DNA of 11,185 nucleotides from Promethearchaeota archaeon (GTDB lineage Archaea; Asgardarchaeota; Lokiarchaeia; Sigyniarchaeales; SOKP01): NCBI GenBank assembly GCA_011364925.1, contig RDOA01000074.1, positions 1 to 11,185 of the forward strand, read 5' to 3'. Shown piece by piece: positions 8,216 to 11,185 of this stretch (position 1 is its first letter; each line of letters starts with the position of its first letter). The notes under the pieces were generated by a model. It saw only the letters and a program-made list of their open reading frames with translations, ran no database searches and was not told where the DNA came from. The position numbers and the translations under genes were made by a program.

Positions 8216-8716
8216 TTAGGATATTGTTACCATTTGTTGATTCTGAACTAATTTCATTCCATAATCTTTGCATTTTGGAAGGTCTTCACTCGCTATAGGC
8301 CCCTTCATCCCGTTCACTCTTATTGGCAATCCTGGGCTAATTTTAGTTAAATTAGGCATCTTTTCATTGATCTGTGATTCGATTTTATCTAACATTCGCG
8401 TGTAAGTACATACACCATCTTCTGTTGTCCCTGACTCGTCTCCCATATATGTATTAAATACTGAGTAATTGTTTACCTTTAATTTAGACTTTGGAAGTTT
8501 ATTGATAAAGTCCTTTATAGAGCCTACATGCTTTCCAAAGTGAACAGGAGATCCTATCAAAATTAAATCATAGAACATTTCCTCTTTTAAATTTACGTCT
8601 TTTACATTATTTACAATTACTTCATTTCCCTCAATAGAGGTGATTCCTTCGCCTATAAATTTGGCTACTTTTTCAGTACTTCCATATTTTGTGTCATAAA
8701 CTATTAAAACTTTCAG
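8216..8716 (-). CDS. Flavodoxin paralog 2 (166 aa); probable CTG start at 8716 (the track start at 8578 is truncated)
   Basis: The in-frame extension (L)KVLIVYDTKYGSTEKVAKFIGEGITSIEGNEVIVNNVKDVNLKEE matches paralog 1 at 38 of 45 positions. The CTG aligns with the GTG of paralog 1, and GGTGG lies just upstream. Confidence 0.88.
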   Translation of the reverse strand: MKVLIVYDTKYGSTEKVAKFIGEGITSIEGNEVIVNNVKDVNLKEEMFYDLILIGSPVHFGKHVGSIKDFINKLPKSKLKVNNYSVFNTYMGDESGTTEDGVCTYTRMLDKIESQINEKMPNLTKISPGLPIRVNGMKGPIASEDLPKCKDYGMKLVQNQQMVTIS

Positions 8717-8761
8717 TTCAAACCACCTTTTTTATATTATTACTATTCCCTAATTGAAATT

Positions 8762-8861
8762 ATTTTTTGCAAAGATAATTTGTAAAAAATTTAAATTTAG
8801 GTGTTTCCCTTTAATTTTCCTTCAACAATTTTGAAACGAATTGCCTATATTCTAAGAATAT
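8762..8861. promoter_or_regulatory. Inverted repeats in the divergent flavodoxin/Lrp intergenic region (candidate operator sites)
   Basis: ATTTTTTGCAAA-gataa-TTTGTAAAAAAT (8762-8790, 11/12 match) and a perfect 7-1-7 palindrome ATATTCT-A-AGAATAT (8847-8861). Confidence 0.4.
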
Positions 8862-8989
8862 TCTATCGCATATAAACATTCTGTTAATTTTCTAGTTAAT
8901 CAAGATATCTTTTGGAAAGAATCCAATATATAATTGGGTCATTGTAAAAATTCCAAAGAACTTAAATTATTAAAAGATATTATTTAATT

Positions 8990-9445
8990 ATGGATGATCT
9001 TGATTTTCAAATTTTAGAAAAATTGCAAGAAAATGGAAAATTATCTTTAAAAAGAATAGCTAAAATGTTAAAAACTCCTATAAGTACCATACATTTTAGG
9101 GTACAGAAAATGATAGATGAAAAAATCATCGTTAAGTTTAGTTCTGTAGTGGACATAGGTAAATTAGGTTATGAAACCGTAGCTTGGGCTTGTCTAACCA
9201 TTGATCCTTTAAAAATAGAAGAAATAGCAAATAAGATTGCTACTTTTCAAGATGTAAGAATGGTTACTATTACAGGGGGTGTTTATAATCTTATTATTCA
9301 AATTATTTCTAAAAATGAAAAGGAACTCTGGAATTTTATCCGAGAGAACATTCAAACTATTGAGGGCGTACAAAACCTTGCTGTCAGCTCTTCTTTAAAA
9401 ATTTTTAAATGGAATACTTGTTATTTTTTTAATCTTCCTACATAA
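8990..9445 (+). CDS. Lrp/AsnC family transcriptional regulator
   Basis: MDDLDFQILEKLQENGKLSLKRIAKML...STIHFRVQKM HTH, D..KLGY linker and a RAM domain with ITGGVYNL. Confidence 0.93.
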   Translation: MDDLDFQILEKLQENGKLSLKRIAKMLKTPISTIHFRVQKMIDEKIIVKFSSVVDIGKLGYETVAWACLTIDPLKIEEIANKIATFQDVRMVTITGGVYNLIIQIISKNEKELWNFIRENIQTIEGVQNLAVSSSLKIFKWNTCYFFNLPT

Positions 9446-9448
9446 TAA

Positions 9449-9577
9449 ATGGAAATTTTAATCCTATACAGAAAAAAGAGCACTTTTAATAAGAATCCCT
9501 CTGAGAAAATAAAAAAGATTTCGAAACAAATACAATATATCTCTTCTTTAATTAGGGCAATATTTAAAGATATCTGA
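9449..9577 (+). pseudogene. 42-codon ORF resembling a degenerate 3' remnant of the reductive-dehalogenase-like gene
   Basis: YRKKSTFNKNPSEKIKKI compares with CIKECTFNKNPPEKMRRI in 5389-6369. The 14-nt string tttaataagaatcc occurs at both 9485-9498 and 6289-6302. Confidence 0.45.
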
Positions 9578-9749
9578 TTTAGATTTTCCGTTGTAAGAGA
9601 GCGATTTGGGTCAAATAATTCTCTCGACGATTAGATTTCTTTAATAGTATTTAATATGCTTCTCTCCGAGAAGTAACATCGTAATATTTAAAAGCATCTT
9701 TGATATCTAATCTTTTGAAACAAAAGAGTATTTTTAGGTAGTGGTTTAA

Positions 9750-9944
9750 ATGAATAATAGAGACAAAAGAAAGAAAAAATTTGGGGAAGAAGCTGGTGAC
9801 CTCGAAGAGGATTGGGAAGAGCACTCCGATGATGACGATGACGACGACGATGATTGGGACGACGAAGACGATGAGTGGGAGGATGAGGATGAGGATTATG
9901 GTGACGACGACTATGATGATGAAGACTATGACGATGATGACTAA
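9750..9944 (+). CDS. Small hyper-acidic intrinsically disordered protein (64 aa)
   Basis: ATG preceded by GGTAGTGGT. Basic N-terminus RDKRKKK; 41 of 64 residues are D/E. Mixed GAT/GAC/GAA/GAG codons argue for coding selection rather than a simple microsatellite. Confidence 0.75.
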   Translation: MNNRDKRKKKFGEEAGDLEEDWEEHSDDDDDDDDDWDDEDDEWEDEDEDYGDDDYDDEDYDDDD

Positions 9945-10002
9945 GCAAAAAAAAGAAGATTAAAAATTAGCTAAGTTAGGAAAATTCATTTTAATAATGT
10001 GA

Positions 10003-10848
10003 TTGGTTATACCTAAAAAGATATATAAAGGAACTATTGAATCAACAATGGTCGGGCCATTGTACGCAAGAGCTAATTATGGAGCCCTTTATCCCGAAAT
10101 TTTAAAAGATCCTCAAGCGGAGGTCATGCTTAAAAAAGTATATGACATGTATCCTGACCAACAGGAAGAGTTTTTAATAATGGAAAAATTTATGGATGAG
10201 TTTGCGAGTTTAAATTTTCTTTATCGCGCAAAAGAATTTGATGATGAGATCCGTAAATTTAAGGCAATTCATCCATCCGCTTCAATCATCAATTTAGGGT
10301 GTGGACTTGATACAACAAATTTACGTATTGGGGATGACGAATTAAGATGGTATCAAATAGATCTTCCAGAGGGTATAGCATTTCGCGAAAAATTGATATC
10401 GCCCGTCCCTAACTCAAAAAATATTGCAAAATCAATTTTCGATTATAGCTGGTTCGATGATGTTGAACTCAACGCAGAAAAAGGGGTATTAATATTTGCT
10501 GCGGGATTACTGAATTATTTTCCGGAAGATCAATTAAAAGAACTCTGTAATAAGTTAGCAACCCATTTCACGGGGGGAACTTGTTTATTCGATTTACCTT
10601 CTCCACTATTAAAAAGAATTGTTAATAGAAAATATAAAAAATTAGGTTTTGAAGGAGCAAACCATGTATTTGGATTAGGAAATCCTAAAAAAGTTTTAAA
10701 GTGGTCTAAGAATATAAAAACGCTCTCATGTACTATTTTCTTTAAAGGAATAAAACTGAATCCAAAATGGAACAAAAAATCGCGTTTTATGATGAAACTT
10801 TTTCGAATTTTTAGATTTTATAAACTTGTGAAGTTAGAATTTAAGTAA
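10003..10848 (+). CDS. Class I SAM-dependent methyltransferase, leucine carboxyl methyltransferase (LCM)/TcmP-like
   Basis: TMVGPLYARA, RAKEFDD, IINLGCGLDT, WYQIDLPEGIAFREKL and AAGLLNYF. TTG start. Confidence 0.9.
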   Translation: MVIPKKIYKGTIESTMVGPLYARANYGALYPEILKDPQAEVMLKKVYDMYPDQQEEFLIMEKFMDEFASLNFLYRAKEFDDEIRKFKAIHPSASIINLGCGLDTTNLRIGDDELRWYQIDLPEGIAFREKLISPVPNSKNIAKSIFDYSWFDDVELNAEKGVLIFAAGLLNYFPEDQLKELCNKLATHFTGGTCLFDLPSPLLKRIVNRKYKKLGFEGANHVFGLGNPKKVLKWSKNIKTLSCTIFFKGIKLNPKWNKKSRFMMKLFRIFRFYKLVKLEFK

Positions 10849-10867
10849 TTAAACTTCATTCCTGAAT

Positions 10868-10961
10868 TTATTTCAATTCTTCATTTTTTTCTAAATTACT
10901 TATCTCAATTCCTAGTTGATTGATTTTTTCTAAGGCTACCATGCAATATTATAGTTTTCAT
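10868..10961 (-). pseudogene. Internally deleted flavodoxin-family (FMN reductase-like) gene remnant
   Basis: ATG at 10961 gives MKTIILHGSLRKN, like the family N-terminus MKxxxxxGSPRK. An overlapping second frame gives ALEKINQLGIEISNLEKNEELK-stop, like the family C-terminal helix. Confidence 0.45.
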
Positions 10962-11034
10962 AACAAAAATCTCTCGTTCAATACAATCAAGTTCTATAAG
11001 ACCAAGTTCAATTTAAATCTTGATAAAAGATTGA

Positions 11035-11184
11035 TCACTCGACAATTCTAGAGATTCGGGATAAAGGGTGCCCTTTAGCTTTAATTTCTAATTCGTTAAA
11101 CCAGCCGAAAGGAAGTCGGAGAACAGAATAATCCTTTGACTTTAATAAAGATTGAATTTTTTTGAAAGACTCAAAAGCGTATTC
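11035..11184 (-). CDS. 3' end of a CDS that runs off the window edge (…EYAFESFKKIQSLLKSKDYSVLRLPFGWFNELEIKAKGHPLSRISRIVE)
   Basis: The frame is open from the window end to TGA at 11035-11037. Product unknown. Confidence 0.5.
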   Translation of the reverse strand, partial: EYAFESFKKIQSLLKSKDYSVLRLPFGWFNELEIKAKGHPLSRISRIVE

Positions 11185-11185
11185 T

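Noticed and set aside
9826-9941. GAT/GAC trinucleotide microsatellite or CRISPR-like repeat
   Set aside because: Third positions vary and the run is explained by poly-Asp/Glu coding. There is no repeat-spacer structure.
9688-9948. His/Arg-rich 86-aa ORF on the minus strand
   Set aside because: It is the antisense shadow of the GAY/GAR codon run in the acidic protein.
9781-9963. Met/Thr-rich 60-aa ORF
   Set aside because: It is a shifted-frame reading of the same Asp/Glu codons, with no independent support.
10530-10775. 81-aa minus-strand ORF
   Set aside because: It is antisense to the LCM-type methyltransferase.

Overview
AT-rich window of metabolic and accessory genes that looks archaeal. 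The gene set and GGTG/GGAGG ribosome-binding motifs suggest an Asgard/Lokiarchaeia-like genome, but this is inference. It encodes two SAM methyltransferases, two QueG/reductive-dehalogenase-like 2x[4Fe-4S] proteins, two closely related flavodoxins, an iron-sulfur flavoprotein/FMN reductase, a UbiA prenyltransferase, an HXXEE membrane protein, an Lrp/AsnC regulator and a 64-aa hyper-acidic protein. The most unusual element is a membrane-anchored surface protein (2427-3614, minus strand) carrying short peptides that look borrowed from unrelated conserved proteins: a bacterial EF-Tu N-terminus, a Ca-binding DxDxD motif, an isolated metzincin zinc motif and a phage/eCIS tail-tube motif. Two adjacent genes appear to need non-canonical starts (ATA and CTG). 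Reading beyond the ORF track also gives a 43-aa ORF with a strong SD and two probable gene remnants. I saw no rRNA, tRNA, CRISPR array or transposase.
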